Positions 1 to 15,065 of a stretch of DNA of 64,000 nucleotides are shown here, one piece after another. Position 1 is the first letter of the stretch. Each line of letters starts with the position of its first letter. Below the pieces are notes generated by a model that saw nothing but the letters and a program-made list of their open reading frames with translations, did no database searches and had not been told where the DNA came from. Source of the DNA: Novakomyces olei (taxonomy: Eukaryota); assembly GCA_016906335.1 (NCBI GenBank), contig JADEYG010000003.1, forward strand, positions 868,001-932,000, written 5' to 3'. Position numbers and translations under genes: made by a program.

Positions 1-1696
1 GAGATTGTCAAGGTCCGATATGGGAAGGTTGCTCATTTAATCTACCTCTTTTTCGGTCTATGTAAGTCAAATTGGCATATGTAATCTCCAGCATTCCCTG
101 ACCAAAATAGTGACAAACGGCCTTGTGTCAAGTATGCTTATTGTCGGTGGAGGCGCTGTGGTAAACGCTCTCACTGAAATCCATCCTGTTGCATGCATGT
201 TTTTGCTGCCGCTAAGCGTACTCGGCTTTACGGGTCATGCGGGCTTGCACAGCACATTCATCGTTGATTATGCTCATACAACTTGCGTAATTATTATTGC
301 TATGTACTTTTGCTTTAAAGCCTATTTCACTGGCGATGCTATCGGTTCAATAGACCGGCTGTATGATGGACTGGTGCGGGCAGGCCAACTCAAGCCTGTC
401 ACTGGCAACGCTCAAGGCTCTTATTTGACAATGCGATCGTTGCAAGGCGGTCAGTTTTTGGGGATCCAAATAATTGCTGGCTTTGCTACCGTATTCGTGG
501 ATCAGGGCTACTGGACAAAAGCGATAAGTAGCACCTCCAGTGCTGCCCTCAAAGGTTATCTCTTGGGTGGGCTAGCGTGGACGGGCTTACCGTATGCGGT
601 AGGCACTGTTTTCGGGCTGAGCGCGCTTTGTCTCGAACGTACTGAGCTATGGCCCACGTATCCTCGGCTAATGACGGCGGAAGAAGTAACTGCCGGACTC
701 ACATTGCCGTACGCGGCAGCAGCGTTACTTGGAAAAGGAGGAGCAATAGGCGCGTTTGTGCTGTTATTTGGTGCGGTTACCTCTGCCTTTTCTGCGCAAC
801 TGATTAGTGTATCGTCACTGGTCACATATGACGTGTACGCAACGTACATTAATCGCAGTGCTAGTGATAAGCAGTTACGGCTCGTGTCGCGTGGAGCTGC
901 CACGGCATGGACACTTTTTATTGCCGGGATTGCCTGTCTGTTTTTCTATATTAATGCCACTGTGGGCTTTTTATATTACTTGATGGGTGTCCTGATGGGC
1001 TCTTGTGTGCTCAGTATTACCCTACTGTGCATGTGGAAGGGTCAAAATAAACAGAGTGCAATTTTGAGTCCAATTATTGGGCTGGCCTCGGGAGTTATTG
1101 TATGGCTGGTTGAGACAAAGGCAAGGTACGGGGCCCTGCATGAGGATACACTGGACCAGCTCTGGCCCTCATTGGCGGGATGCATTACCAGTATGTTTAC
1201 GCCCGTACTCGTAACTCTTATTTGCACGCTAGTATGGGGGGTCGCCAAATTTGATTGGGCAGACTTGAATGAAAAAATTGAGCAATCACAAGAGTTCCGT
1301 CGGTACAATGAGGAAGTTGAACAAGAATTTCATTCTCAAAAGCTTACTGCTGAGGAAAGTGCTCATTTAGCCAAAGCGAGTCGTCGTGCAAAATGGTTGG
1401 CTCTTATCTTTGCATTTGGTCTGCTCGTAATTTGGACAGTTCCGCTTTATGCTTCGAGTTATATATTTACTAAACCTTTTCTCACCAGCTGGGTTGTTAT
1501 AAGTATTATTTGGCTCTTTTGCAGCGCTGGTATGGTCGTATTGTACCCAATATACGACGGCCGCCAAAGCCTTTTGGGAGTTTATAGAGGCATTTGCAAT
1601 GATTTGAATTTTGGGCACAAGTCTGAGTTTATTGAAGGGCAAGATGTTGTTGAACCGGAGAGCCGTATCGAAGTCGATGCCGATGAAAAGAATTGA
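1..1696 (+). CDS. DUR3: Urea active transporter (sodium:solute symporter family), 5' end outside window
   Basis: Exon 1-61 (EIVKVRYGKVAHLIYLFFGL) joins in frame across intron 62-110 (GTAAGT...CTGAC...TAG) to the long hydrophobic ORF. Dur3-like motifs: NAQGSYLTMRS, FATVFVDQGYW, YLLGGLAW, AVTSAFSAQLISVSSLVTYDVY. Confidence 0.9.
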
Positions 1697-3532
1697 TTAG
1701 ATTGGATTAGTAATTGATCAAATTTTAGTACTTTTGAGTGGATTGTCGTCTAAATTATTTAGTTGTCTAACTTGGTTCTATCCTAGTTGAGGATACAAAG
1801 TCCTCTCGTAACACTTTGATCAGTGTCTCGCTCGCTACTCAAAACGTTTCAATTTGGCAAACCTCGGTATAATTTGCAAACAAGAATCTACAAAGTGAAA
1901 TGATAAGAAATGGCAACGATTTTTTAGAAGTATTTGAGTGGGATATCAATCAAAAGTAGTCAATTACTCGACTTACGAGCCATAATTTTCAATGCGTACA
2001 CAATGCATTTTCATATTGGTCAGAAAAAGAATAAGATCAATGCTTGTAAAACACATTACTAGCCTCGTATGCATGTGTGGGGGCCATCTTTCACGTGGAT
2101 CGTGATGCCCTTCAGTCCTTTGTGAGTCCCTTATCCTCCGTGGGATAAGGTCGATTCAGAGTAAGTGACAGCCCACCAGCTACAGCCCACTCATTGATCG
2201 TTCAAAGAGGTCTTTTTTGGACGTTCTGATAGCAAACAACTCAAGTCTATTGGCTGGGGTTTTGTAATTGATAAGACTCGAACTAGTCATTAGTTCCTGT
2301 CAATTCACCTTCCTTTTTTGTATTTCAGCGAAATTACTGTTCCTTGCGTGACTGTGAAAGCCGATCACTTACGCATTGGGTAACGTATAGAAGCGATTAG
2401 CTCACCGAACAAATATTGAGTTGTAGTTGGAGCCCGTTTTTTCACTATTCATACACCGATAAGAGACTTTGCTCTTCTATCAAATTCTCAAATGCCGCTG
2501 TTGTGATTCTTCGAAGTGGGATGTGCTTTGTTACTGACTAATAATTTCATATGTTCCTTCCTGATCATTTAATATTAGTCGTTGCACACTCTTAAGTTTT
2601 TTGTAAAGCTTGATTTCGAATTCTTAGTAATCAAAGTCTTTATCATATCGAGAGCCGGAATGATGTCAATGTCCTTCCATTCTTCCATTGCATGAGAACG
2701 GTTGCCTACTCCAACTTTCCGCATAGTACTCCAAAACTGGCCCCCAATTTTGACGTAATAAGGGGTGCGGCAATTTGTTTAGAGTGGGCTTACCCAAACA
2801 ACGTATATGGGCCGTTGATAACACCAATGCGTAATCTATTATTCGCTTATCTCTGCTAATCACGGCATAGCTGTCCTATATCGACTTTGCTTTAGACTTA
2901 TTGACCTGAAACTTCGCAGATATCAGGCTAATCTTAGCTAGTTTGCATTGCGATTAATGCTCAACATAAGAAATCAAAACACCAATTTCACAATCGAAAA
3001 GTGCAAAAACTATTTCTATTCGTATGGATACAAAAGTTCAGTTTGGTTATCGCAAATTTCTATTGGTCTATTAAATTTTGAGTATGCACAAGCGCTCATT
3101 TTTTATGTTCATTTGTAATATTGCCTCTTAAAGGAAAGCAAAGCAGTCTGTTTATAAAGAGATGCTGTGGTATATTGCCTCTGTTCCCGAATCTTGTCAC
3201 ATCATTCGATTCAATTAACAGATGGTTAAATACGTTCGCAAAATCCGTTACCCGACCGCAAAACTAACGCGACTGTGCACGGATTTTCACTTGAAATGAA
3301 GTATTAGATGCATCTGAAATTATACTGAAACACTCATTCTTAAGCCAGGTTTACCTTACTTGACAATATTTGCATGTAAACGGTCGCCACAAATTTGGCT
3401 GATATTGAAACTGTATTACTTGATTGTCAAAAAGTAGTGTATTATGGGTCTTAAGCTATACCTGTCAAGTCAACAATTTCATTGGTGTTAACTATGTCAC
3501 AATCGCGGACTTTTTCAGCTTTAAATATTTAT

Positions 3533-4527
3533 TTACAGTAGCTTTTCTGCATTGTTCCAGGAAACGCAATCGTCAAACTTGACTGCACTTCCACCAAAAA
3601 TATCAAGCGCAGAACCAATGGTTAGATCGACATGGCCGCCACTCATGCGATTAACAAGCTCAAGATCAGAGATGTTTTGACCACCACCAGCGTAAGTAAT
3701 AGGTACATTAAACTGAGCGGCCCATTGACCGAGTGCGGTAACGAGTTCCTCGTCAATTCCACGGCAAAGACCTTCGACATCGGCAGCATGTACCAAAAAC
3801 TCGTCGCAGTATTCTCGCATAATAGCAAACGTTTCAGTACTTAACCGTGTACCTGTAAGAGTTTGCCATTTATTCATTGCTACTATCCATCCTTCACTAT
3901 CACGACGGCAGCTGTAAAAAATACAGGTCAATTTCCAAGAAAATAAAAAGCATTTTTGTTTTTCTTTTTTCTTCTGGTTTTAATTTTTATCTTCTGGTAA
4001 TTATGTTACCTAAGATCAACGACGACACGCTCCTTGCCCACAAGACGAGCAATACTTTTTAACCTGTCTATCGAGAATTGAGCATCAGGAAATAAGTATG
4101 ACGTAAGAATGACCTTATTCTTAGTCAAGTTTTCAAATCATAAAGCAATCAAGTGCGGTGGATTCTTACATGAGATGCACCGCGATCAATCCAATCTTTT
4201 GCGTTTGCTTCTGTCACGCCTCCGCCAACTTGTAGATGCTCTAAAATAAAATTGTTGTTAGTACGATTGGATCTGATAAAGGCACTTACGAGGCCATGCT
4301 TTCAATGCTTCAGCTGCCGCCTCTGTACATCCTGGGCCCAGCATGATAACGTGCGCGCCCAAGAGCTGGTGCTTACGGTACAGGCTTGCAAAATACGAGG
4401 CCGGCAGTGCAGACACAGCGTTAGTCTGTAATAAACGAGGGTCCACTGCCGATAAAGTACCGCCTACAATTTGCTTGACCTGGCCTTGATGGATATCGAT
4501 ACACGGCCTGAACAGTGTTCGTGGCAT
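3533..4527 (-). CDS. HIS6: Phosphoribosylformimino-5-aminoimidazole carboxamide ribotide isomerase, 4 exons
   Basis: [68 protein letters not shown]; three GT-AG introns join the pieces in frame. Confidence 0.95.
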
Positions 4528-4744
4528 ATTTGTAATTGTCGCTTTTGAATTGAAAGGCAAAACTCGAAACGGTGATAATAGAATCTTAAAATTTATATTT
4601 TTGATCTGATAATTCGGAAAATAGCTTATTTTTAATTTATCTACTACAGTCCATTTATAATGTGCTCTTCATTAAATTTATTTTTCAATAAATGACAGTA
4701 TTATTATACCTGCGTACTCGCCATATTCAATCAAACTGCCACAG

Positions 4745-7378
4745 ATGGCAGAGCCACGAGCAATCTCGGGCAAACGGCATTTTGCGGCGGCTGCCGAAGA
4801 GGAATCTGTTGGTTCATTGCTAAAGCTTTAAAAAAGCTTAAAGACGTTCTATCGACTAACTTTTGCGATAATTCGCGACAGGACGACGATGATCTTTTGC
4901 TCCACCGACCTGAATCCGTTTCAGCGCCTTCCCATCCCGTACCAACACTTGCACCGGCACCTACGCCCGTAGTACAAAGACCAGTAGACGAGGGCTCTCG
5001 CGCTATTCAAATCTCTCATTTGCCTCCTGATTTTACGGATTCTCAGCTGCGAAGACTCCTGGAAGGGTTTCGCACAATCGCAAAACTCTCGCTACTGCCG
5101 TCCGTTATTGAACGTGGAATCCGCAAAGGATCAGGAGCAATTGTCGTGTTTGATGATGTAGCCGAAGCTGATCGAGCGCGTAACACTTTTGACGGCCATT
5201 ATGTAAGCCAGGGCTGGCGGACTACTGCAGTGTACTCGAAGTACGTCAGTGGCCCTACAAAAGGTATCCATTCCACCGTTTTTCTGTCGATTCGGGTTGA
5301 TTTTTCACTCTATCATTCGATTATTGAACAGAATTATGTCGTTTAATTTCCATTGCAAAGAGAGTGCCAACATCAATAGAAGGTACCGCAAAGCATACAA
5401 CTCTCTCTAACAGATTAGATGAGCAGATCGATGAACCCTTTGGAGCGCGACCAGCAACTTTTGCACTTTCGCACGCTCCTCCGCCACATGTCTTTGCATC
5501 GGCTGAGCGGCCGGCAGAATCAAACTTTCGGCGAATGGAGATTGTGGTCAATTGGCCCGAAAATATTAGGATTGCGCGGCTTATTCATGGTGTAGTGGAG
5601 CTTGTTCTTGCTCACGGAGCTGCTGCAGAGGTATGCCTTTAAAAAACTTTTCCTGTCTCTCAATTACTCTATAATCCTCAGTCTGATTAATATTTTTTAA
5701 TGTTACATCTAACCGATTGCAGGCAGCGATAATGAAACGGGTGGCCAGTAATCCCGAATTTGAGTTTCTTTTCAACACAAAGGTTCAGCTTTTTCGATTG
5801 ATTTCTATGCATAGATTCTAATACTGACATTATGGCCAGTCACGGGATCATATCTACTATAGATGGCGGCTGTACTCGCTTATGAACTCAGATACGCCTT
5901 ACAAATGGCGACGAACGCCGTTTCAGATGTTTCAGAACGGGGCCTGGTGGATTCCTCCACCGATGCCATTAGAAGAAGATGATGAGGGTGAGGAACAGGA
6001 TGAATCTGGCGTTTTCACAGGAAGATTGCAGCAACGCTCGCCGGCTTTGAGCAATACTGCCCGTCAGCATCTAGAGTATCTATTGCGTAACGTTAATTTA
6101 CGGAGAGGCGATATAGCAAGACCTATGGCTTTTGCCATAAAAATGGCCAATGCTGCTGATGAGGCAAGTCTAATTATTGTTTGGTTTTATTTATCTATTC
6201 TAATATGTTTTATAATTTTATAATTTTATAATTTTATAATTTTATAATTTTATAATTTTATTATTTTATTATTTTATAATTTTATAATTTTATAATTTTA
6301 TTATTTTATTATTTTATAATTTTATAATTTTATAATTTTATTATTTTATTATTTTATAATTTTATAATTTTATAATTTTATAATTTTATAATTTTATAAT
6401 TTTATAATTTTATAATTTTATAATTTTATAATTTTATAATTTTATAATTTTATAATTTTATAATTTTATAATTTTATAATTTTATAATTTACTTATTTTT
6501 TTCTAACGATCCCCAAACTCATCATTTATTATTCTGTTTTCAAACTAAGCTCAGACAACTTTCAGCCCATAATCTAACATATCAAGGTTATCGAAATAAT
6601 TGCGTCATCTATCTTATCTGGTTCGCGTAATCAAGACGTACAAAAGAAAATTTGGCGAATGTATGTACTGAACGACATTTTGCACAACGCATCTAGCGGT
6701 ATGAGTAACGTCTGGCGATACCGTCAAGCTATTGAAAAGCATTTACCCCGCATTTTCGATCATTTTGGCCAACTTTATACTTCGTTTGAAGGTCGATTAA
6801 AAGCAGAGCAATTCAAATCACAGATACAAAGAATCTTATCAGTATGGAATGATTGGATAGTTTTCCCAGAGAAAGTGATAGCAGGACTTGAACTGCGTTT
6901 AAACGGGAAACAGACAACAGAGTCTGAAGATATTGATTTGTCCACAGATTCAAAAACAGCCAAACCAGTGGCGAAGCGGAACTCTGGATTTGTGAAATCA
7001 GGCTGGCAAGTGATTGGAAAAGAATCAACGCCGAGCGACGCAGCATTGCAGAACAAAGCAGAAAATGAGGTTGAGCATCAGGAACAAGAGTCTATAGAGC
7101 ACTCAGAGAGACATATTCAAGAGACACAACCCCTCGCAACAATTAGTCCAAAAGATTCCGAGTCAAAGGAAACAGGCCCGACTGAAGAACAGGTATCCGA
7201 CTTGGATGGTGAGCCATTACTTTTTAGCAGTGATGAAGAGGAGGAACAAGACAAAGAAGAGCCATCACATAAATCAGTTGAAGAACCGTCTACAGAGCCG
7301 AAAGAAGAAGGCCCTAAAGCATCTATGATACCCTCCATTGCAATGAAACCAATCAAATTCTCTTTCTCAAAACCTTGA
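4745..7378 (+). CDS. U2 snRNP-associated SURP-domain protein (U2SURP/SR140-like; RRM + SURP + CID), multi-exon
   Basis: RRM (AIQISHLPP...AIVVFDD), SURP (IHGVVELVLAHGAAAE...NPEFEFLF...HIYYRWRLYSL), PFQMFQNGAWWIPPP, CID (MYVLNDILHN...IQRILSVWNDWIVFP), DLDGEPL. Some internal exon boundaries are uncertain. Confidence 0.85.
6208..6490 (+). repeat. (TTTTATAA)n 8-mer tandem repeat with TTTTATTA variants, inside intron 6164-6586
   Basis: Directly visible tandem array of about 35 units. Confidence 0.95.
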
Positions 7379-8382
7379 ACTTTCTAAAAGACCAGGAAGC
7401 TCTTGCAAAGATTTGATCGTGGTGACATTGGCAGATGAACTCCTTGAGCCTTCACGATCCAAGAAAACTGGTTTGGCTCCGTGTGCCAATGCGCCCTGTA
7501 CATCTTCATCCCAATCGTCACCTACGAGCCACAGACTTTGAGGGTCGCATTGAAGCCTATGGCAAGCGCGTTCAAAGAATTCACGACTTGGTTTTTGAGC
7601 TTCTAAATCGAAACTAAGCACTATGTCTTCAAACACAAGACCAAAGCTTTTTAGTACTGAACGGACGCGGTCGTCCGAATTTGATAGCACTGCCAGACGT
7701 AAATCAGGGAAATTTTGGCGTAGATGTGCCATTGTCGGCTCGACATCTGGGTACATTCGATAGCCTTCTTTAGTTGAAAAATGATCGAGCAATTCACTAA
7801 TTACAGAATCCTCTACTCTGTGCGGTGCAAAAGTGTCCTTCACGACCTGTCTATGTTAGTTTGCAGACTGTAAATGATAAGAATATTATAATTCTTTCGA
7901 TGTAATCTCATCTGCTATGCTTGATTTGACACCGTTTTCTGTCCTTTTTGCACAATTCTTTTCTACTTTGCTGTTCGTACCAACGCCCACCAGTCGTGTG
8001 TCGTCATTCCGTACTGCTTCCCATAGTTTGGGTAGGTTGTTCGTGCGCTTTTGAACGCTGGCAATCAGTAACAAAAATAGTTTGCTAATTAAAATAATTC
8101 CACTAGACTCATATCGCAATATGCGCTGGAAAATATTGCCTAATAATGTCGCCTTTATTTTGTAAAGGCACGCTTGGTATTACCGTGCTTGAATGATGTG
8201 GCTAATTGTTCAGGCTTCACCCGAATGCCACAGGCAGCGGCCATTGCGTCCGCATAAGTTTGCAATACTGGACTTATAAAGTCAAAACCAAATGAAATTT
8301 ACTAAGCGTGTAAGTACCGTGCAGGAGTATAGAGCGTGCCAAACGCGTCAAACGCCAAAACTTGCGGTAACTTTGGACGCAT
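7367..8382 (-). CDS. HAD-superfamily hydrolase (HDHD3/REG-2-like), multi-exon
   Basis: Motif I LAFDAFGTLY, motif II LAVLSNSDDR, motif III KPSREFF, motif IV LVGDDWDEDVQGA; interrupted by short introns. Confidence 0.9.
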
Positions 8383-8402
8383 GGTTAATGATGTAGAAAT
8401 AA

Positions 8403-8575
<173 letters not shown>

Positions 8576-8740
8576 ATATACGACGCTGCGCCTATAATGT
8601 CTACTTTTCCATTTCCACAATTCTCCAGGAACACCTTGGCATTTAACAAGTAATGTATTATGCCCATAGTTATCTAATAATCTATATATTCACGCGCCTC
8701 GCGTGTCCAAGCCGAGACCTGCAATGAGCCTCGAGGCACA

Positions 8741-10966
<2,226 letters not shown>

Positions 10967-11322
10967 CAAGGTAAGACCTTTATTTATTGTTTGTAAAGAT
11001 TGTATATACGTACATAAGCCACATGTTTCAGACTTAAAAAGCGGAAGAGGAATGAACGCTATAAGAAAAAGAGAGTAGCAGGAAAAGGAAGCAAGCATAA
11101 GACAAGTCATATAAAAAACGAGTGAAGCAGTGGAGCAAATACGACACGAAGGGAAACCCCGTCATTTATAAATAATTACGTACGAACCGTGGAGTGTCAA
11201 AGTATGTGTGAATATTTTTTTGGTTTATATGTGCAAATTAATACAATTTATCCCATTCATCAAACTGGCTCCCCCTCCTTATTCTAAAAACTAGAAGAGT
11301 TCCAATATTCCCTCCACCTAAA

Positions 11323-12627
11323 TCAAATCGGATGGCCATGTGTATCAAGCAAGACAGGCATGCGCGTCTTGTCCCCCGCGTGGCTATACACACGGGCACG
11401 CTGATGTACATCTCCAGGATTCTCAAAGTCCAAACACCACACGCACGACTCTGTGGCCGCCCAGACACGAGACCCGGCATCGGCAATTGCGACGGAGAAA
11501 ACGGGACTACTCTCCGCTCCGAGATACACGCTCCACCCCGCATTTCTTTCTCCGCACCGGCCGTCGCGCTGATTCGGGTCCCGGCTTCCGTACCGGCTTC
11601 CGTACCGGCTTCCGTCCCTATTTCCTAATTGGTACAGCGCATGTCGACCGGTCATTCGGCAATCCCACACGCGTAATAGACTATGACGCGCTCCACCCGC
11701 GATCACGTGAGTTCCCTGCACAGCCACACAGTACGCGGCCGAATCTTCGTCCCAATCATCACGAAGGCTCTGGACGGGATTCGAACCGGCTATCCTTGTG
11801 TCATGAGCATTTACGGCTCCATCAAACCAAGCTGACCATATTAAATGAGGCCGTGCAGCATCGTCCCGAGCAATCCCGTAAACGGCGGACCGTTCAGCCG
11901 TTCCGGCAAAGCCCCGAATCGGTTTCAGCCGCTCAACATCGTACTGCAAAAGCGTACTAGCACCCACGGCAAACGTGCCGGCCGACAGCATTCGCAGCGA
12001 CCATGGCCGGGAAGGCAGAGTGGTAGAATGCCAGCTGTTCGGGGCAAACCTAACGCAGAGCCGGCGCTGACGCTCTGCTACAACAACCACTTTTTCCGTT
12101 CCGCAAACGGCTGCCGGCTGAGATGAGACTCGGCCGAGTGAGGAGTACGGCCGGCGGCCGGTCAAGTTTTCTCTCACAACTCGTCCGTTGGCCAAAGCGG
12201 AGATTAAACTATTGCCCACACGAAAGCCGTCGATGTAATCATCTCGGCCATGCCGGCCTTGAGTATGACGCCACCGTCCATTTTCACGGACAAACAGTAT
12301 AGTGCCAGACAGCACTACAATTCTGTCCCTATCTACAAGTAATCGGGGCAAACAGCGGGGGTAGCGGGTTTTGTGCGGCGATATACAGCCAAAAGTGGGC
12401 CACGTCCAGTGTACGTTTACTCTGTACAGTGATCGCGCTTGAGCGTGCCAGTGTCCGCTCCCAGTGCTGCCGCGTTTTACGTGGGCTGCCAACACCTGTG
12501 GCCGCCATATCAGCCGCTCAACCAGACCATACAGCACATGACATGTAGCTGCTAATTGTTCAGAGTCCGAAAATGACAGGTGCGCAAATATTCGTAAAGC
12601 AAGCTCGTACGGTAAGTCTTGTAGCAT
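11323..12627 (-). CDS. F-box / WD40-repeat protein (SCF substrate adaptor)
   Basis: N-terminal F-box LQDLPYELALRIFAHLS...LAATC; WD-like repeats SAWFDGAVNAHDTR and IAGGARHSLLRVWD; single 434-aa ORF. Confidence 0.8.
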   Translation of the reverse strand: MLQDLPYELALRIFAHLSFSDSEQLAATCHVLYGLVERLIWRPQVLAAHVKRGSTGSGHWHAQARSLYRVNVHWTWPTFGCISPHKTRYPRCLPRLLVDRDRIVVLSGTILFVRENGRWRHTQGRHGRDDYIDGFRVGNSLISALANGRVVRENLTGRRPYSSLGRVSSQPAAVCGTEKVVVVAERQRRLCVRFAPNSWHSTTLPSRPWSLRMLSAGTFAVGASTLLQYDVERLKPIRGFAGTAERSAVYGIARDDAARPHLIWSAWFDGAVNAHDTRIAGSNPVQSLRDDWDEDSAAYCVAVQGTHVIAGGARHSLLRVWDCRMTGRHALYQLGNRDGSRYGSRYGSRDPNQRDGRCGERNAGWSVYLGAESSPVFSVAIADAGSRVWAATESCVWCLDFENPGDVHQRARVYSHAGDKTRMPVLLDTHGHPI

Positions 12628-13127
12628 GCCATTTGCGGGTGAGTTGCTGACGATATTATGGAATTTTTATAAAAAATTTGTTGTTATTATCGTTGGTTTA
12701 TCGTACAAAAAATTTTAGGGTTAGTTTATCTCCAATCTAATGAATGGCCAGTTTTCAACAAAAACAAAGTACGTAACAATTGCAAACGAGAATGTCATTA
12801 ATTTCACTGTCTGTACAATACATTACTACGCTGTTTTTCACTCAGTATAGTTTAATTCTGCTATAGTGATTTAAATATTCACCTAAATAATCTGCGCTAT
12901 CTATATTCTTTATATGGCACAACAAGAGAGCCGGCATTGATTTGCGTTTATATAATATTCAAAGACTCCAGTTTTGTTTGGCCCTCGCCGTAGCCATACA
13001 GCGGCCGGCCCCGTATAGAACACGCAAATGATGCGGAATGTATAAACTGGAATAAAAAGGATCTCACCTTGTTGGACGATTCACAAATAAGTCCAATGTC
13101 GTATATAAAATGTAAAGAAAAAAAATA

Positions 13128-13239
13128 TGCGCCGACTCGGATTCGAACCAAGGTAATCTGCGTGACATAACGACCAGTCACCACCGCGACCGGCAGATTT
13201 ATAAGCACAGTGCATTAATACCAGCTATGCTATCGGCGC
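13128..13239 (-). tRNA. tRNA-Ile(UAU) with 36-nt intron (13164-13199)
   Basis: Acceptor stem GCGCCGA/TCGGCGC, D arm GCAT/ATGC, anticodon arm CTGTG-CT TAT A[intron]A-CGCAG, T arm CTTGG-TTCGAAT-CCGAG, discriminator A, downstream oligo-T Pol III terminator. Confidence 0.93.
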
Positions 13240-13775
13240 ATTCTAATCGACCATTTCGCGATTGAGTAACGCAATTGCGAGATTTTTTACCGCTATAATA
13301 CTACATTCCCAAATATTCTACACTATGCAAAAGGCGACTTGTATAGTATATGAATTTATTCGCCCTACATAGATCGCATAGCCGGATTAAAATGGATTAA
13401 AATCTTTTATCAGGACAAAGAGACAGGCTTGCAAGGTGCCGACGATTTCTAGTTGGATTGCACCAACGCATTAACGTGCTGGCATATTTATGCATAATGC
13501 TAAAGCCTTTTGAATAGAACTGTTGGCATGATAGTTTTCTCGCCTTCGTGGCCGTGAATGAATTAACATCCCAAGACCCGTCTTAATTATGAGAACACGA
13601 TTGACTGTACTTACTGTTGCCCTTTGATCAAATCTTGGCCTTTACCGGGCTGAACATACTGCCAGTAGGAATAGCAAAATTTCATTTGTACGGGTAACAA
13701 CATGCATATCGGCTAAATTAAATGCTCAAGAGACAGCCCTGGAAGCTCGTCTCGTAATAAATCCATAAAAGCGAA

Positions 13776-14122
13776 TCAGATCGTGCTTTGTAAATTATTA
13801 GACTTGATGCGCTCAATGTTTTTTTTGCGCTGTTCAGCTTTGGTCAATATACGCGGACCAGGTCGCAAAGCCTCGGTTGATGCCTCCGGCGGGTCAAGCA
13901 GCCGCCATAACCATTCCGGGTATTCATTGTCTTCTTTTGCGAGAACAGGTTTTTGGCCCTTGCGAATTGTGAGTCCTTTCAATGGCGTTCCCGCGGGTAC
14001 GGACGATTTTACTATAAATATGAGTACAGATCAACATTTCTGATTTTACCTCCTTCTTTTGCCGCTGCGTTAAGAGCACGCACTTGCTGCCGCCACAGGG
14101 TCATTTTGGATATCTGTTGCAT
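13776..14122 (-). CDS. MRPL37: Mitochondrial large-subunit ribosomal protein mL54; intron 14012-14049
   Basis: VKSSVPAGTPLKGLTIRKGQKPVLAKEDNEYPEWLWRLLD and RKKNIERIKSNN motifs; basic presequence-like N-terminus. Start codon is tentative. Confidence 0.85.
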
Positions 14123-14444
14123 CTGAAAGTAAACCTGTCGCACTACTATTCAAATGCCATATGTAGTTTTTTTGGTAATAAATCCAGTTTATTTTTCACA
14201 TTAGTATATTAATTTTATTGTTTTTTTTTTTTTTTAATTTATTCAGAGTAACCCATATAACCCATATCTTTTTAATGCACCAAAGCACAGTATCAGACGT
14301 AAAATGAATAAGAAATTCACTACAGATGATAAATTGACCAATTATATTAAACCACATTATTTTTATAGCAGAATATAGTACAATGCGCTGTCAACACTAG
14401 CACACACGTAGTAAACATACCCCCACTGGATCGAAACACTCAGA

Positions 14445-15065
14445 ATGAGTTTGTCGGAAGAGCTCCATTCGCGAAATTTTAGGTACGTGAGCCCAGTTTA
14501 TAGCACTAACATAACAGTATTTATGCACAATGGTACTACCTTGGGTTTTTAGCGAAGACTAACCTGCCACATAAGGCTCGGAATCTTGTGTATATTTTTA
14601 TGCGTGGCTCTGGGCATTGCGAACCTCTTTCACATTGGGGTTGTAGTGGTGTTTTCCGCCGTAACAATGTATGACTTGCTTTCACCTAAAACCAAATTGA
14701 ATTGGACTAACGTAAATTTATCAGCGGTTTCGGTCTAGTACTAGTATTTGTGGAAATTCCATTTCTGCTGCGGATCTGTCCCGTTTCTGAGCGATTGTAA
14801 GCTCGATTTTGCTTTTTTACACTAATTTTTTAGCGATGTGTTTGTGAGACGGTTCAACAACAATGTGCCCCGTGCGCTCATGTACGCGGCAATGGCAGTC
14901 GTGACGTTTTGCTCTTGCATCTTCCAGGCGACTAGTCTGATTGTTCCGGGCATATTTTTGTCTTTCACTGCTATCTCTTACGGGCTGGCGGCTTTGCGCA
15001 ATCAGGAATTTGTGTCCAGCAAAACACTTGGCGGTCAGGGCCTAGGCGTACAGATGGTCGTTTAG
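14445..15065 (+). CDS. TVP18: Golgi membrane protein Tvp18; 5 exons including a 15-nt microexon (14518-14532)
   Basis: Spliced product MSLSEELHSRNFSIYAQWLGILCIFLCVALGIANLF...FVEIPFLLRICP...SSKTLGGQG; introns 14483-14517, 14533-14575, 14669-14724, 14798-14833. Confidence 0.88.
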
